Shown in pieces: positions 63,094 to 64,000 of a stretch of 64,000 bases of DNA. The stretch is from Felis catus (Eukaryota), in the NCBI RefSeq assembly GCF_018350175.1, contig NC_058376.1:105028001-105092000 (forward strand), given 5' to 3'. A model generated the notes under the pieces. It was not told where the DNA came from. It searched no databases and saw nothing but the letters and a program-made list of their open reading frames with translations. Both the position numbers and the translations under genes were made by a program. The number at the start of each line of letters is the position of its first letter. The first letter of the stretch is position 1.

Positions 63094-63137
<44 letters not shown>
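63085..63137. repeat. G run plus (GA)n microsatellite
   Basis: Read directly. Confidence 0.95.
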
Positions 63138-63139
<2 letters not shown>

Positions 63140-63168
63140 TATTATCTTTAAGGATTTAAAAGATTAGC

Positions 63169-63542
63169 TACTTGGCAATCAAAAAGAATGAAATCTTGCC
63201 ATTTGCAACTAGGTAGATGGAACTAGAGGGTATTATGCTAAGTGAAATTAGTCAGAGAAAGACAAATATCATATGACTTCACTCATATGAGGACTTTAAG
63301 ATACAAGACAGATGAACAAGGGAAGGGAAGCAAAAAATATAAAAACAGGGAGGGGGACAAAACATAAAAGGCTCTTAAATATGGAGAACAAACAGAGGGT
63401 TATTGGAGGAGTAGTTGGAGGGGAGATGGGCTAAATGGGTAAGGGGCATTAAGAAAACTACTCCTGAAATCATTGTTGCACTATATGCTAACTAACTTGG
63501 ATGTAAATTTAAAAACATAAATTAAATAAAATGGTAAAAAAA
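63169..63542 (+). mobile_element. Carnivore/felid L1, 5'-truncated
   Basis: 'aaaagaatgaaatcttgccatttgcaac...tatgctaagtgaaattagtcag', 3'UTR and A tail; TSD AAAAGA(T/G)TAGC at 63158-63168 and 63543-63553. Confidence 0.93.
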
Positions 63543-63559
63543 AAAAGAGTAGCAAAAAC

Positions 63560-63800
63560 ATTTGCCTTTATTGGCTATCTGCTATATTCTGGGAACTGTA
63601 CTAAGAGCTTTATAAACACTCCATCTTCACAATAAGATTAAGAGGTAGACAGTACCCTATTATGCAGAATATGAAACTGAGACTTAAAGATTAAGCAAGT
63701 CAGTTGTTCAAGGTCACATAGTTAATGATGGGGTGGAGACTGGAACTCTGGTTTAAAGTCCTTTGAAGGCTCTGTCCAGCACACCACACTGCCTTACAAC
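63560..63800 (-). mobile_element. MIR SINE
   Basis: 'gaaactgagactta...caaggtcacatagttaat'. Confidence 0.75.
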
Positions 63801-63944
63801 CTAGGTGGAGAGATCTATGATGAACATCTATGATGAAATAAAACAGATTTTTAAAAACCATAAGCTTATGTTTCCTTTCAATATGTAAATTATTTATACA
63901 TTGATTATAAAGATGCTGTCAATTCTCTTTGGGTTTACTGTCAG

Positions 63945-63981
63945 AATTCCAGGACACATCGTTTTAAACAATCTCAGGATG
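63945..63981 (+). other. Candidate 37-nt exon ending in ATG
   Basis: Acceptor 'ttctctttgggtttactgtcag' and consensus donor ATG|GTAAGT; no transcript evidence. Confidence 0.3.
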
Positions 63982-64000
63982 GTAAGTAAATCTTTGATCT

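Noticed and set aside
1-64000. ORF track entries as protein-coding genes
   Set aside because: All are short. The recurring MAQSV../SVLTAQSLEPASDSVSPSLS peptides are SINE translations; the rest are low-complexity or unrecognisable and form no exon chain.
1-64000. Intact autonomous element (full L1, ERV gag/pol/env, transposase)
   Set aside because: Only short truncated fragments and solo LTRs; no long ORF.

Overview
Mammalian nuclear DNA, almost certainly from a cat-family (feliform) genome. The basis is 20 tRNA-derived carnivore SINEs (CAN-SINE, mostly SINEC_Fc-type, most with readable target-site duplications) and carnivore/felid L1 3' ends. The window is AT-rich, CpG-depleted and repeat-dense, typical of a long intron or gene desert. 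It also holds old MIR, L2, L3/CR1, L1M, ERV/MaLR LTR and DNA-transposon fossils. I found no protein-coding gene I can name, no rRNA, no true tRNA gene and no CRISPR array; the ORF track is explained by repeats or chance. I did not find a convincing new biological system. The best-supported oddities are genome-evolution events readable in the sequence: a four-level nested transposon stack (38.3-39.7 kb), a polyadenylated LTR-like 3' end apparently retroposed by L1 (12.4 kb), a twin-primed L1 (57 kb), a SINE inside a SINE (28 kb) and two short dispersed duplications. A few repeat-free patches look like enhancers or small exons (4.8, 11.4, 45.0, 47.8, 63.95 kb) but are unproven. Repeat family names come from my recall of consensus sequences, not a database run, and boundaries of old repeats are approximate.
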